Of a stretch of DNA of 64,000 nucleotides, positions 21,193 through 35,253 are shown piece by piece. Below the pieces are notes generated by a model. It was not told the origin of the DNA. It ran no database searches and saw only the letters and a program-made list of their open reading frames with translations. Position 1 is the stretch's first letter, and every line of letters begins with the position of its first letter. Source of the DNA: Mobula hypostoma (lineage: Eukaryota); contig NC_086097.1 of the NCBI RefSeq assembly GCF_963921235.1, positions 181,910,001-181,974,000 on the forward strand. Direction: 5' to 3'. The position numbers and the translations under genes are program-made.

Positions 21193-22689
21193 CAGGTGTC
21201 CCCTGCTTTACGAACGTTCGCTTTACGCCACTTGGCTTTTACGAAAGACCTACATTAGTACCTGTTTTCGCTAACCGAAAGAGGATTTTTGCTTTTACGA
21301 AAAAAGACGCCTGCTTTAAACTTGTGTTTATCCTGTGACAGGGTCCTGAATTACCCCTATGAACTGTGCTTTTGAAAAGAGAGAGAGAGTTATTTAACAC
21401 CGATATCGTGTTTTGAAAAGAGAGAGAGAAAAAAAGAGAGAGCGAGACGAAGACTAACTTTTGGACTGTCACTTTAAGGCACGAGGAGGAACTGAGATTA
21501 ACTTTTCTGCTGAGTTGGAGAGAGAGAGAGAGAGCACCGAGCAGCTCGTAAGTCACTATGGTGACGGAGGGTGGTGTTATTTGATGGACAATCGATGTTA
21601 TAGTTTCTCTGGAGTATGTTTATACTTTCTCCAAGGATATTGCCTGCTTGTACATTTCTTACACAGGCAAAGGAAGGAGGAGTTATTTGAGAGACAGTTG
21701 GTACTCAGTACGGTGGGATAAATAGGAGGTCAGATGATAGACCTCAGGTACATGTTTTTGGACACTGAATGAGCTTTGTTGTGCCCACAGAAAAAGTGGG
21801 TTTTTGGAGGATCGATCAGGCAGTGGCTCTTGCAGTGAGAAAAGTGATTGACCGGTGGGGAGTTGTCCATGCGTCCAATCCTTGCCTGGGTTGATAGCTC
21901 CACCACAGAAAAACGGTCCCCTTTGTTGAAGTTACAGTCAGTGACTTTTAAAGGCTTTTGGAGGACAACGAGAAGATCGATGGCGTCAGCTCACCTGAAG
22001 ACTCAAATCTCCCCCTCTCCCTCTCTCCATCACTACTCAACTCAGCACCACGAACTGAACTGAACTGAACTTTACTCATCATCATAAGACTATCTAGTTA
22101 CCCCTAGACTTGAAGAAGCTTGGTTTTTCATATATATTTCCACACTTACTGATATACTTACTTATATATAATCATTGCTAACCTGTTTTATATATCTGAT
22201 TTTATATTACTGTATTGCTTAGTTACTAATAAATAATATTAGTTAATAGCAATACTAGACTCCAAAGTGTTTCCATCCCTGCTGGTTCTTTAACCCGTCA
22301 CGGGGTATGTGACAACCCCAAGAAAGACTACCATGACCATGAAGCCTTGCGTGGGCAGGTGTGGGCACATATGTGTACATGCCGATTTCTTTTCTGCAGA
22401 TCGGTTTTGGCTAAATCTTCCCGATTCTGTTAAGTGAAACTGCACTGTACATACATTATTTCTACTTTATATAGGCTGTGTATTTATCATATCATTCCTG
22501 CTTTTACTATAATGTTCTTTTAGATTTTATGTGCTATTTGGTATGATTTGGTAGGTTATTTTTTGGGTCTGGAACGCTCAAAAATTTTTCCCATATAAAT
22601 TAATGATAATTGCTTCTTCGCTTTACGCCATTTCGGCTTACGAACGGTTTCATAGGAACGCTCTACCTTTGGATAGCAGGGGAAACCTG
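21193..22689 (+). mobile_element. Non-autonomous Tigger/pogo DNA transposon, interrupted by a solo LTR
   Basis: TA-flanked (21191-21192, 22690-22691) with termini caggtgtcccctgc and gcaggggaaacctg. Both ends are homologous to the Tigger element at 42560-44167. Confidence 0.9.
21334..22314 (+). mobile_element. Solo LTR (981 bp, Gypsy/ERV-like)
   Basis: TGT...ACA termini with a 4-bp flank atcc/accc (one mismatch). AATAAA lies near the 3' end. It interrupts an otherwise continuous Tigger derivative. Confidence 0.75.
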
Positions 22690-22815
22690 TACCTTAACTT
22701 AGTTGCCAAGATATTGTATATTACATGATAAAACGTAGAACAGTATAGCACAGGAACAAGCCCTTCAGCCCGCAATCTCTATGATGACCACGATTCCAAT
22801 TTAAACTGCATATCT

Positions 22816-23119
22816 ACTTTTATTTATTTAGTGATACAGCATGTTGTAGGCCCTTCCAGCCCTTTGAGCAACGTCACCTCAGCAACCCCCGACAAACTCG
22901 ATTAACCCTAATCTAATCACACGACAATTTATAATGGCCAGTTAACCGACCCGGTCTAATCCCACGACAATTTACAATGGCCAGTTAACCGACCCGGTCC
23001 GTGTTTGGACTGTGGGAGGAAACCTGAGCACCGGGGAAAACATCCAAACCCCTTACAGACAGCGCTGGAATTGAACTCTGAACTCCCTGAGATTAATAGC
23101 ATCACACTAACCGCTACCC
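22816..23119 (-). mobile_element. V-SINE/HE1-like SINE nested in a reverse CR1 3' end (~22730-23490)
   Basis: Reverse V-domain tgtgggaggaaacctgagcaccgggg and tRNA-like head. Contains an internal ~42-bp tandem duplication at ~22912-22999. Confidence 0.75.
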
Positions 23120-23489
23120 TAATTTAGTGTCTGCACATGGACTACATCCCTCCATCCTCTGTCTGTACATGGGCCTGTCTAAGTACCTCTTAAATGTTAT
23201 TCTTGTGTCTGCTTCTAGCACCTCCTCCCCGACCGCAGCAGCCTGTTGCAGGCACTGAGAACCCTTTTTGTAAAAATTTTCTGGCTCTTAAATCTTCTTT
23301 AAATGTCCCCCCTCTCACCTTAAAACTAGCCTTCAACCATTTGACATTTCCATCCTGGGAAAAAGAATCTAAATACCTACTCTTATATGCTTATAGTAAT
23401 TTTATACACTTCTATCAGATTTCCCCTCAGCCTCTGACAGTCCAGAGAAAATAATCCCAAATTTGTCCAACCTCTCCTTATAGCTAACA

Positions 23490-25110
23490 GGTTTTAAGAG
23501 TCTTCCCACTCCAAGAACAACCCTGACTTCCCAACACCACAGTGGAGCAACTGGCTGTAGCAAGCTTCATTCTCAAAGCCAAGCCAACAAACTCTACCCT
23601 CAGTGCTAAAATACTCTGCCCAAGGTTTCAAAAATTTCTCAATGAATACTTGGATTGAGGATAATTCCGCCGCCACTTAGAGAGGGTGCCGTGCTCAAAG
23701 ATCAAGCGGTGAAGTTGCCCAAAGTAACAAAATGGCAGCACTCAGCATAAAATAAAAAGCTTCAGGACCATTCTATACACAGGAAAGCAACATCAAAACT
23801 CTTGTGGCAAAAGAAAGGCATCAGCTGACCCTGCGACACAAGCCAGCCTCACAGATCTCAAAACAGATATTTAGATGCAATTAGGAAACAGCAGCAGCAG
23901 CAAAGAAAAGACAGAAAATGTCAAACTATAGTCACAGGAATGCCTGCGCTCAGCTTCCCACAGCCCTGCTGCCTGAGGCAGAAGCACACTAGAGGCTCTC
24001 CTTCCACACTTCACCAGCATATAGAGAACAAAAATAAATCTTTATATAAACAAGATGCAAGGCACAGAGGGGAAGCACCACAGCACTGTGTGCACAGGAT
24101 AACACTTTCACTGAGTAACACTGATAACATAAACAAATTAGCTCCACACACCTAACTCAGTGTGATAGCAATAACTCTACACTGCTGTATATAAGTAGCT
24201 TTTGCCAGGCACAGAGGAAGCTGCGGGAGGGCAGACACCCATATTTAATCACCTTCCAGTTAAACTCATCTGTATTTTGTCCCCTGAACAGAAATAGAAC
24301 AAAAAAATTATGTCACTCTGTCAATGACCTGAGAGCAACTAAAGGCCTGAAGAGTCAGGGGTGCATTGCAGAGGGCAGATAGCCCATGGGACGAAGGCCT
24401 TTTTGGAAGGAGAAGTCTTCGAATGCAGTGAAAGGTTGGAAGCAGAGCATTACCCTGCGGGGGTGGGGCGCAAAGGTAGGGGAGAAGAGATGTTTACGGG
24501 TGTTGGAGGCGGAGGGCATTCAACCAACAGGGTAGGAAAGAAGAGGTATATTTGAGGAGGAGACAGTTGTTGGAAGAAGGGAGAGGAGGAGGAGGAAAAG
24601 GGTGAGTATGATGACAGGGGAGAAGGATATCCAGCAGTGTGGGGGATACATTACAGGAGGGATGGCCACATTGAACACTGTAGGTGGGTGCGAGTTGAGA
24701 GTTAGTTGGGCTTGACTCAGAGAACATCCCAGATAACAGCCCCACAGATCAGAAACTGTGGCTCTGCATTTAAGCAGTAGTTCAGCATTAACATTTTGGA
24801 GACTTGTATCACTCCAGATATACAGCCACAACCATGGCAATTGGACATAAAAATTCATCAGCCATTAATCTGTGGAAAAACAACCTGACTGGGTGAGAGA
24901 GCTTGCCAGTTGTATGGAATCCACTTGTGCGAACAAGTTGGCTTTGATTTCATTGCCTCTTTGGCAGTGCAGCTGTCACGTTATACTGCAATATCCTAGT
25001 CTTCGGGCGCCAATACAGAAGTTTGCAGAGTATCACCAAACTCTCAAGGGACATACACACCCCTGTGAACCAGATCATCACACAGAAATCTATTGTTTCA
25101 TGAACTCACA
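23490..25110 (-). pseudogene. Candidate decayed retrocopy or terminal exon (Pro/Ser-rich coding-like part plus long 3' UTR-like part), unidentified
   Basis: Non-repetitive segment between CR1 fragments. On the minus strand, a Pro/Ser-rich frameshifted region ends KGLRPMGYLPSAMHP* at ~24355 and is followed by T-rich UTR-like sequence. Confidence 0.35.
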
Positions 25111-27054
25111 CCTCAGTCTTCCGTGTGCCAAGGAGAACAATCGCATCTACATTTTCATCCAGGTCATTTATACACATCATAGACAGCAGAGGTTCCAGCT
25201 CAGATCCCTGTGGTAACCACTAATTACAGACCTCCAGCTCAAATAAGTCCCTTCAAACCACTTCCCACTGTCTTCTATGTGCACGTCAGTTCTGAACCCA
25301 AACAGCCCAATTTCTAATCCTGGGGAAGGGTCTTGGCCCGAAACAACTTTTTATTCATTTTCGTAGATGCTGTTGACATGTTGAGTTCCAACATTTTGTG
25401 TGTGTTGTTCTGGATTTCCAGCATCTGCAGAACCTCTTCTGTTTCTGATTTGTTGCCTCTGTGTTTGCATTGCCACTTTCAGGAAGCTGTGGACTTGGAT
25501 CTCAAGATCCTTTGGTACATTATTGTTGTTAAGGTTTCTACATTAACAAAGTGCAACACCTCACACTTGCCTGGACGAAACCCATTCTAGTGATGAATGT
25601 TGATTCAATTGTGCTTTCAAAAGAAAAGTGGATAAATAGTTATCACAAAAATGTTTGAGGGCTTTGAGGAAAGAGTGGTGAATTGGGGCTCAATGATTGC
25701 AATATAAAGAGCCAGCACAAATTGGATGGACCAAATGTGTGCCCCTGTGTTGTAGCAGCTCGATAATCCTATGAAAAGACTATTATAGCTATTACTATTC
25801 TGCTTGGTGAAATGTACAATGTCAACAGTGTTCTTGTAAAACAAACATGTCAGTAGGTTGAAATTGTAATTAGTTCTGATTTTCTTCCACTTCATTGAAG
25901 CATGTAAGTGTATGGTGAATCCTGGCCTGCCTTGAGTGTTTACATAGAACAGTACAGTACAGGGACAGGCCTTCGATCCGCAAAGTCTATACTGACCGTG
26001 ATGCCAATCCAGACTAATATCTGTCTGCACGTGATATCTGCTTCCACCACTTCCCCTGGCAGTGCATTCCAGCCGTTAATAACTGTAAAAATCTTGCCAC
26101 TTAAACCTCCTTTAAACGCTCCCTGCTCTCACATTAAAGCTTATATTCTGTATCCTGGGGGAGAAAGATTCTGGCTATCTACCCTAGCTAAAGCTCTGAA
26201 TGTTATAATTTCCCAAACATAATTAAAATAGGTGCTATTTAGATTTGAATTCCCTTGATGTGTACTTGCTTGTCACCTTATCTAACAAGCTTAATTTGTT
26301 AAGTTAGCAAGTGGCCTCCATGTTGGTATTTCCCTCAACCTTGATTTTCTCCCTTTCCCAGCTTGGCAACTGTCTTTCTTCCCTTCTCTGGTTTAAACTC
26401 ATGAGATGCTAGTTTTGCCTGGTATCCTGCACCAGCATTTGGCAAGGCACAGCCATAGGATGCCCAGAGTAATGAGCTAATTTCATGTGTCATGCTCTCC
26501 TTTGGTAGAAAATGTGAGCGACCACAGGGAACAGAAATAATTTTTAGCTTGCATGTAGTACAAATGCCACTGGGCTGTGATTGTTTAAGCCTCACACTCC
26601 TATGTCTATCCTAGATCAGTCCAAACTAATCTGATTGCCTTGCTATCTACCAGTAACCCTATACTACAGATAGAATACTGTGCGCAAACCTGGTCGCCAA
26701 GCATTTGATAGGATGTGATTGTGTTAGAAAGGTTGCAGTGGAGAGTCAAGAGGATGTTGCTTGAGGTGGACCATTTTAGTTGTGTGAGAAGAAGCTGACG
26801 GGCACCTTAGTGATGTGTACAAGATTATTAAGAACGTACACAGGGTAGATGGTAGGAATCTTCTCATTATAGAACTCTCAGAAATTAGAGGATTTAGGAT
26901 AAAGAGTAAAGATGTTAGAGGAGATCAGGCAGAATTTTTTAAAAAACAACAAACACAAAATGCTGGAGAACCCAGCAGGTCAGGCAGCATCTATGGCAAT
27001 GAATAAACAATCATAATTTTGGGATGAGACCCTTCTTCAGGGAAGTCCTGAAGA

Positions 27055-30000
27055 CTCATTGACTTGCATCTGGATCATAGCCCTCCTAACTCTACCCTTC
27101 TAAGTACTTCTCTTAAATGTTAAACTCGATTCCGTGTCTGCCACACCTGCAAGCAGCTTGTTCCACACTTGCACCACTCTCTAAGTAAAGAAGTTCCCCC
27201 TTAGGTTCCCCTCAAATATTTCACCATTTGCCCTTAACCTATGACCTTTAGTTCTAATCTCATCCTCCTTAGTGGGAAAAAAACCTGCTTGCATTTACCC
27301 TATCTATACCCCTCATAATTTTGTATATACAAATGTTCGTATCTGTCAAATCTCCCCTCATTCACTTATGCTCTGGGAATAAAGTTCTAACCTATTCAGT
27401 CATTCCCTGTAATTCTGGTCCTCAAGTCCTGGCAACATCCTTGTAAATATTCTCTATACTCTTTCAGTCTTATATCATTCTTGTAGGTTGTTGACCAGAA
27501 CTGCACACAATACTTCAAATTAGATGTCACCACGCTTTATAGAACTTCAACATAAAACCCCAACTCGGGTACTCGGTACTTTGATTTATGAAGGCCAATG
27601 TGCCAGAAGCTTTCTTTAAAATGCTGTCGACCCGTGACACCATTTTCAATGAATTATGGATCTGTTCCACTGTTGATTTATGGATGTGTGTTGTGTGTGT
27701 TGTTATGGATCTGTTTCCCCAGATCCGTCTGTTCTACCACACTCTTCAGTGCTTTATCATTCCCTGTCTAAGTCTTACTCTGGTCTGTCTTCCTGAAGTG
27801 CAACACTTCATAGTTAACTGCATTAAATTCCATCTACCATTTTTCAGCCCATTTTTCCAGCTGGTCCAGATCCTGCTGCATGTTTTGAAAGCCTTTCTTG
27901 CTGTCCACTACACACCCCGCTCTTGGTGTCATCTGCAAACTTACTGATCTAGTTTACCACATTATAACCCAGATCAATGATATAGATGACAAACAACAAC
28001 AGACCCACTGATCCCTGCAGCATACCACTTGTCACAGGCCTCTAGTCGGAGTGGCAACCATCAACCTCCACTCTTTGGCTTTTCCCACAAAGCCAATGTG
28101 GAGTCCAGGTTACTACTTCATCCTAAATGCCAAATGACTGAACCATTTTGACCAGCTTCACGTATGGGATTTTGTCAAAGGCCTTGCTAAAGTCCATGTA
28201 GACAATGTCCACTGCTTTTCCTTCATAAATTTTCATGGTAACCTTCTCGAGAAACTGTAAGATTGGTTAGAGATGACCTCCCACACACAAAGCCAAGTCA
28301 CCTATCGCTAGTCAGGCTTTGTATTTCTAAATACTTATGTCCGGTTTCTTCGTGTACTTTCCAATATGTTACCCACAACTGATGTCAGGCTCATTGGCCT
28401 ATAATTGCCTGGTTTATTGAACAACGGGACAACATCAGCCATCCTCCAGTTCTCTAGCACCTCACCTGTGGCTAAGGACATTTTAAATACCTTTGCCAGG
28501 GAGCCTGCAATGTCTGCACTAGTCTCCCCTATGATCTGAGGGGACACCCTATCAGGGCCTGGGGATTTATCCACCTAATTTGCCTTAAGCCAGCCAGCAT
28601 TTCCTTCTCTGTAATCCATATATGGTCCATGACCTCACTCCTGTTTTATCTCAGTTGTTATGCACTGTATCCGTGTTCTGAGTAAATACATATGCAAAAA
28701 ATCCATTTAAAATCCCCCCATTTCTTTTGGCTTCATGCATAGATTACCATCCTAATCTTCAAGTAAGCCAATTTTGTCCTTTGCAATCCTTTTGCTCTTA
28801 ATATATCAGTAGAATCCTTTCTCCTTCACCTTGTCTGCCAGAGCAGCATCTTGCCTTCTCTTAGCCCTCCTGATTTCCTTCTTAAGTGTTCTCTTGCAAT
28901 TTTTAATACTCAAGCACCTCACCTATTCCTTGCTACCTAGACCTGCTACGCATGTCCTTGTTCTTAACTGGGATCTTACTATCCCTCAAAAATTAAAGTT
29001 ATCTGAACCTGTTATATTTACTTTTTTTTCCTTAGTGCAACATGCAGACCCTGTCCTGTCATAATTTCATTTTTGAACACCTCCTACTTATTAAGGATTC
29101 CTTTGCCAGAAAACCACCTACCCCAATCCTCACTTGCGAGATCCTTTCCGATGCCATCAAAATTGGCCTTCCTCCAATTGAGAACCTCAACCTGAGGACC
29201 AGTCCTATCCTCCTCCATAATTATCTTAATAGTAATGGAATTATGAACACTAGATTCAAAGTTTTCCCCTATACACACACACATACACTTCTGTCATCTT
29301 CCCTGTCATCTTATTAATAGGAGATACAGTATCACCCCCTCTCTAGTTGGGACCTCTTTATTGATTGAGGAACTTTTCCTGAATGCATTCGAAAAAACTA
29401 TTTCATCCAGTCCCTTTATCGGATGGGAGTTTGAGTCAATATTTTTTAAGTCATTTATCACAACATTATTTTTCTTGCCATTGTCTGTGGTCTTTCTATA
29501 AATTTGCTCCTCTATATCCTTTTGACTATTGGGTGGTCTATAATATCCCATTAATGTGGTCTTTCCTTTCTTACTCCTCTGTTCTATCCATATAGCCTCA
29601 GTAGGTAGCACTCCAACCTGTCCTGTCTGAGCACTGCTGTGTCATTTTCCCTGACTAGTAACGCTACCCCTCCCCCTCTATCATGTCTAAAGCAACCAAG
29701 ACACAAGAGCATTGAGCTGCCAGTCCTGCTCCTCCTGCAACCAAGTCTCACTAATAGGTACAATGTCATAATTCCACATGCTGATCCAGTGCCCAAAGCT
29801 CATCCAGCTCACTTACAATGCTCCTTGCATTGAAATAAACAGAGCTGTCTTCGTATGTAGGTTTAACATTAGCTTTCCCCAAAACTACTCCATTATCTGC
29901 CCTAGCACTGTGGTTCCCATCCTCGTGCAACTCCAGCAAACTTCCCATAAGGATATCGGTCCTTCTTCAGTTCAGCTTTAAACAGTTGCATCTATACAGG

Positions 30001-30640
30001 TCTCACCTTCCCTGGAAGAGAGCTCAAAGGTCCAAAAATCTGAAGCCCTCCCTCCTGCACCATCTCCTCAGCCATGTGTTAAACTGTATTGTCTATCTAT
30101 TTCTGTCCTCACTCGCACATGGCACAGATAGCTTTCCTGAGATCATTGCCCTGAGGTCCCGTCCTTTAACTTAGCACCTAACTTCCGGAACTCACTTTGC
30201 AAGACCTTGTCACCCTTGCTGACAATGTTTTTGATACCAAGTGTACCACCACCCATAATTATGCTATGGATTCAGTCTGGGATGTCCCTAACCCTGGGAC
30301 CTGGAAGGCAACATACCATCGAGAATCTCATTCTTGTCCACCGAACTTCCTGTCTATTCCTCTATTCATTGAATCCCTTCTCTCTTCCCCACCACCCCGC
30401 TTCTGAGGCACAGTGCCAGACTCTGTGTCAGAGACCTGACTGCTGTGGCTCTCTTCTGCTAGGTTGTCCCTCACAACAATTTCCAAAGCTACACACACAA
30501 AATGCTGGAGGAACAATATCCAAAACTGTATGCTATTGACAGGAATGGCCACAGGGGTACCCTGCACTGGCTGCCCATCCTCTTTCCCTATCCTGACGGT
30601 CATCTCATTAGTTACCTTCCTGTATTTCCTGTCAGTCAAT
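27055..30640 (-). mobile_element. Near full-span degenerate CR1 LINE (ORF1 remnant, APE endonuclease, RT, 3' end)
   Basis: Fragments include GIDRKFGGQE (ORF1 esterase-like region), FNARSIV, GGGVALLVRE and GYYRPPNS (APE), and DKSPGPD...ENWRMADVVPLF...PGNYRPMSLTSVVG (RT). Many stops and deletions. Confidence 0.9.
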
Positions 30641-30770
30641 CCCTCTGCTCTTTGTGAGTGTTATAAATGAATGTGGAAATGGACAGGTGAGTTAGTAAGT
30701 TAGCAGATGCCAGAAAGGTATATGGACAGGATGCAGCTGGGCTGAGAAGTGATAGGTGGAGTTTATGTAC

Positions 30771-31015
30771 TTTTTTTTAGAGATATGGCACGGTAGCAAG
30801 GCCTTTCGGCCCAACGAGCCTGCGCAACTCAATTATACCCACTTGACCAATTAATCTTCTAACTTGTCCATTTGTGAAATGTGGGAGGAAACTGCAGGAC
30901 ATGAAGGAAACCTACACAGTCACCAAGAAAACATACAAGCTCCTTACAGACAGCAGCAGAATAGAACCTGTATCGCTGAGGCTATAATACCATTGTGATA
31001 ATACCATGCCACCCT
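30771..31015 (-). mobile_element. V-SINE/HE1-like SINE
   Basis: Reverse tail (tagagatatggcacggtagcaaggcc) and V-domain tgtgggaggaaac. Confidence 0.65.
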
Positions 31016-31819
31016 TTGCAGTTCAATCTGAAAAGTGAGAAGTGATATACTTTGGAAGAGTAAACTTGAAGGCAGAGTATAACTAGTGTCTGGATTGCTG
31101 AAATTCTGATGTTTGTACTCAAAGGCTAGAAAGACTTGGTTGGGAACTAAATTATCTTTAAGGTTAGAAGAATATACAAAATAAATGAGAGCAGAAGGAG
31201 GCCATTCAACCCCTTGTGCCTGTTCTGCCATTTAATATGATCACTGCTGATGTTTTACCTCTGCTCCTTTACCACTGATCAAAGTGTCATGGTGAGAAGA
31301 AAAGGCATGTTTCAAATTAGAATCATGTGGAGTATCATTTCTGTTTCCCAATGCACTTGCTCGCTGGGTTGTTATCGGGGGATGGGTGGAAAAGATCGCA
31401 GGTATTGACTTTGATTGCTTTCAGTTGCTGGGAACTGAATGATGTTGCTAAGCAACACAACAATTTATAGAGGGGTGCCGAACAAAGCAAAGTTATTGTG
31501 ACATTGTAAGGCATTTCATTGGGTGCTTTTGTATAAACATACCCAAGGCTAAAACATTTAAAGGGTTATATTCTGGGATTTTATTTCCTTGCTGTTGTTT
31601 GGGTGGACAAGATGTTAAATGATCTGCTGAGATTCTGCCCTTGCTGGTGTATGAGAGAAACATATTCACAAATTGGGGCAACTGGAACTTTGATTTGATC
31701 CTCCTGTCAATCCTATGATATGGAAGCAAGGGAGCAGCTGATCAAGAGGCTACTGTTGAAAGGCTGGTGAAAGCAGGTGTAATGATAGAAAAAAGAAAAT
31801 AGGAACAATCATGAGCCAC

Positions 31820-32147
31820 ATGGATAAGATGGATTCTCACAATCTTTTTCTCAGTGTTGGACAGTCTAAAACTAGAGGGCTAAAACTAAGTTTAAGGCGA
31901 AAGGGGAAAGATTTAAAAGGGATCTGAGAGGAAATGTTTTTTCACAGAGGGTGGTATCTGGAGTGAGCTGCCAGAGGAAGTGGTAGAGGCAGGTGCAATT
32001 AACAACATTTAGTAGATATTTGGGCAGGTACATGGGTAGGATAGTTTTCATGTAATATAGGCAAATGGGACCAGCTTGGAAGGTATCTTGATTGGCATGG
32101 TTCAGTTGGGTCAAAGGATCTTTTTCCATACTGTGTAACTCTGACAC
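31820..32147 (+). mobile_element. CR1 3' fragment
   Basis: Contains aaaactagagggc...tttaaaagggatctgagaggaaatgttttttcacagagggtgg and a CR1-type tail. Confidence 0.75.
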
Positions 32148-32877
32148 TAAGATGTAGTTAAGGTGAGATCAGGGGAAGGTGGATCTGACTGAATCATTGA
32201 AAGACATGGCACAGAGTTCCTGGGCCCTCCCTGCCTTTCCTGTGGTTACTTTCCAGCAGTGGTAATGGGGCCGTGAGTGACTGCAATGTCAATGGCCGCT
32301 GATTTATACCTTTCACAGCCTCACCTGTAACTTTAGTAGTTTTGTGGCCTGCTGCCACTGGTCAGAGAGTGTAATTTGTCTGGGAATCAAACCATGGAGT
32401 TTCTTTTGCAGAGCTTCGTCCAGGAGAACTTTCGTAAGACTTGTTATGCAATACTTCTGTTAATGATAGCAATAGTTTCCATTTATATAAAATCTTTTAA
32501 CTTAGGGAGAAGAGTTCCATGGGGCTTCATAGAAACATAATCAGACATAAACTGAATACTAAGCTAAACTAGGATATATTGGAAAAGGTAGTGGAAAAGC
32601 TGCACTAATAGTTGAATTTAAGGAAGGGGTGGCAACAAATTTTATTCATATAGTGCCTTTAATGTAGACATGATGTAGACCTTGAGAGGGAATTTGTGAT
32701 AGGTAACTTATTTAATGCACACTGGTAGTGGCTGCAGTGAGCACATTTATAAGCTGCACAATAACATCTTGTCAAGGTTTCTGCAACCTCTTTCATCTAC
32801 GGGGTGGCGGGAGCGGGGGGTGCAAACCATCAGGTATCTTCCAGTCCATCCTGGCTTGGAAATGCATCACAGCTCTT

Positions 32878-34125
32878 TAATAGATTCATAGAGTTGTACA
32901 GCACATCTTTGGCTCACTGCATCCACATTGACTGTTTGTTCATCTACACTAATCCCATTTGACTGCACCAGGTCCATATAATTCTGTGCCTTGCATGTTA
33001 TCATATTGATTGTATCTCGTTCTACCACTCTTTTGGCAGAGAGTTATGGATATTAGCCATTCTGTGTAAAAAAAAAAATCTAAACAAACTTACCTTCTGA
33101 TCCCCTTTAAAACTCCTGGCTCTCTCCTTAAACCATGTCCTCTTGTTTTCAATACAATTACTCTGGGGGGGAAAAAAGATGTTGACTGTTCATCCTATCA
33201 ATGCCTCTCATAATCTGAAAGTTTTTATCAAGTGACCACAGCCCTTTTTATTCCAGGGAAAATAAACCCAGTCTATCTGATCTCTTCCCACAACTAAACT
33301 CTTCAATACAGGCAACATCCTGATAAATTTTGTCTGCACATTCACCACTGTGATCGCATCCTTCCTATAGTGTGAAACCAGACTGCATACAATACCCTAA
33401 TCAGTTAGCAGGCCCTTAGGCCAACTCGACCATGCCAGTTGTTGGTTGTGTTGCCCAGCGAGGTGGTCCCAGCATTTGGTTCATAGACCTATCCACATGC
33501 TTATTCAAATGACTTTTAAATATTGTTGATGTACCTACCTCAACCACTACTTCTGGCAGCTCAATCCACATATGCACCACCCTTTGCATGAAGAAGCTGC
33601 CTGATGTCCCTTGTAAATGGCTTGCCTCTGATCTACAACCTGCGCTCTTTCCCCTGGGAAAATAATGATGTGCTTTTTCATTCTATGCTCTTCCTGATCT
33701 ATCTGGCCACGCTTCAGTCTCTTACTTTTCAGGGAATGAAGTCCTAGTCTGTGTAACCACTCTTTTTAACTCAAGCCATACTAAGTGTAACTTCCCATAC
33801 TGTAACACTTTGCACTTGTTGACCTTAAATTCCACCTGCCATTCCATGGACAACTTCTCCAGTTGATCTATATTCTGTTGTAATCTTCACTGCACAATGT
33901 CATACCACCGCACCTTCATCAGTCCTCTTCAGAATATTCAAATGAATTAGGCGCGATTTCCCCTGAACAAAGCCAGGCTGATATCCTTGAACAGTTCCTG
34001 CTTTATGAAATGTGCATAGATCCAATTCTTTGGGAATTTGTCCTGTAATATCCCTGCCACTGATGTAAAACACACTGTCTTTGGTTTATCCCAGCTGCCC
34101 TTAAATCAAGGAGCATCATTAGCTT
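32878..34125 (-). mobile_element. Two or more old CR1 3' fragments
   Basis: Reverse CR1 tails start at ~32880 and ~33410, each followed by decayed ORF2 remnants. Confidence 0.6.
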
Positions 34126-34134
34126 TGTTAAGGA

Positions 34135-34800
34135 CAGATCAGGTCTGACCATTTTGATTCAATTTTTTGAAGAGATAACAGAGCTTATTGATGAAGTCAA
34201 GGCGATAGATGTGGTTTACTTCATTGACTATAAGACCTTTGATATGATCGTACACAGCAGTTTGGTTTAAAAGGTTGTCCATGAGATCCAGAGCAAATTG
34301 GCAAACTGTAATTAAAATGGGCTGGTGATAGGAGACGATAGGTGATGATTAGATGGTTGATACTAGTGACTGGTGGTGTCCCTGAAGTATTGGTGCTTGG
34401 ACCCTTGCTGATTGAAATATGCATGGATGTGGGAGCCATGATCAATTAATTCACAGCTTACAAGAAGATTGGTAGAGTTGTTGATTGTGTGGAAGGTGGT
34501 ATTGGGCTGCTGAGACTTAGTTGGTGAAATGTGGCAACTGGAGTTTAATCCAGACAAATATAAGGTGATGTATTTTAGGAGTACTAATGAGATTAAAATA
34601 TATACTGAGTAGTAGATTTCTTAGGGAGCACTGAGGAAGAAAGGGATCTTGGAGTACTCGTTCATAAATCCTTAAAGGTAACAATGCAGATTAATAATGT
34701 GGTTAGGAAGGCATATGGGACATTGACCATCATTAGAGAAAGCACTGAAGAGAGAAGTAGGGAGGATATGTTCCAACTTTATACATCTTCCAATCCTTGT
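34135..34800 (+). mobile_element. Old CR1 RT fragment
   Basis: Decayed equivalents of FFEEIT-LIDE-AIDVVY-D-KTFD and VTGGVP-VLGPLL. Confidence 0.7.
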
Positions 34801-35253
34801 AGGACGTGAGAAAGTCAAAGAACCGGCAATTGAAAGTGTGAATCTGGCAGAGGATAAAGTAGTGGACAGGTCCATTGCAGGCGGTGGAAGGAGAATCCTG
34901 GAGTTGTGAAAGTGACTGGGATAGGGACCCCCGGCCCACCTGTCTGCTACCTACCCAGTTTCAGTTCTTCAGGCAAGGTTGAGTGCTGCCCCTCTCTGGT
35001 AAAGATTTCATTATCACTTAGTATAAGTCTTGAACACCTTACCAAACAATACTAGGAACACAGTCACCAGGCAGGTTGCCTCAAAAAATACCTTTTCAAG
35101 GGCAAGTAAGTAGCAATGGGCAATAAATATTGTTTTTTTGCGATGATCACTCTGCATAAATAAATTGACTTTCCTTTAAATACAGTTGTCTCAGGGGGTC
35201 TTCATTTGAGAGTCTTACGTCACTGTACCATTCATTGTCTGAAGTGTTGAGAA

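Noticed and set aside
24790..25100. Assignment of the candidate retrocopy to CBLL1/Hakai
   Set aside because: The resemblance is loose and needs assumed frameshifts. It is not enough for a gene symbol.
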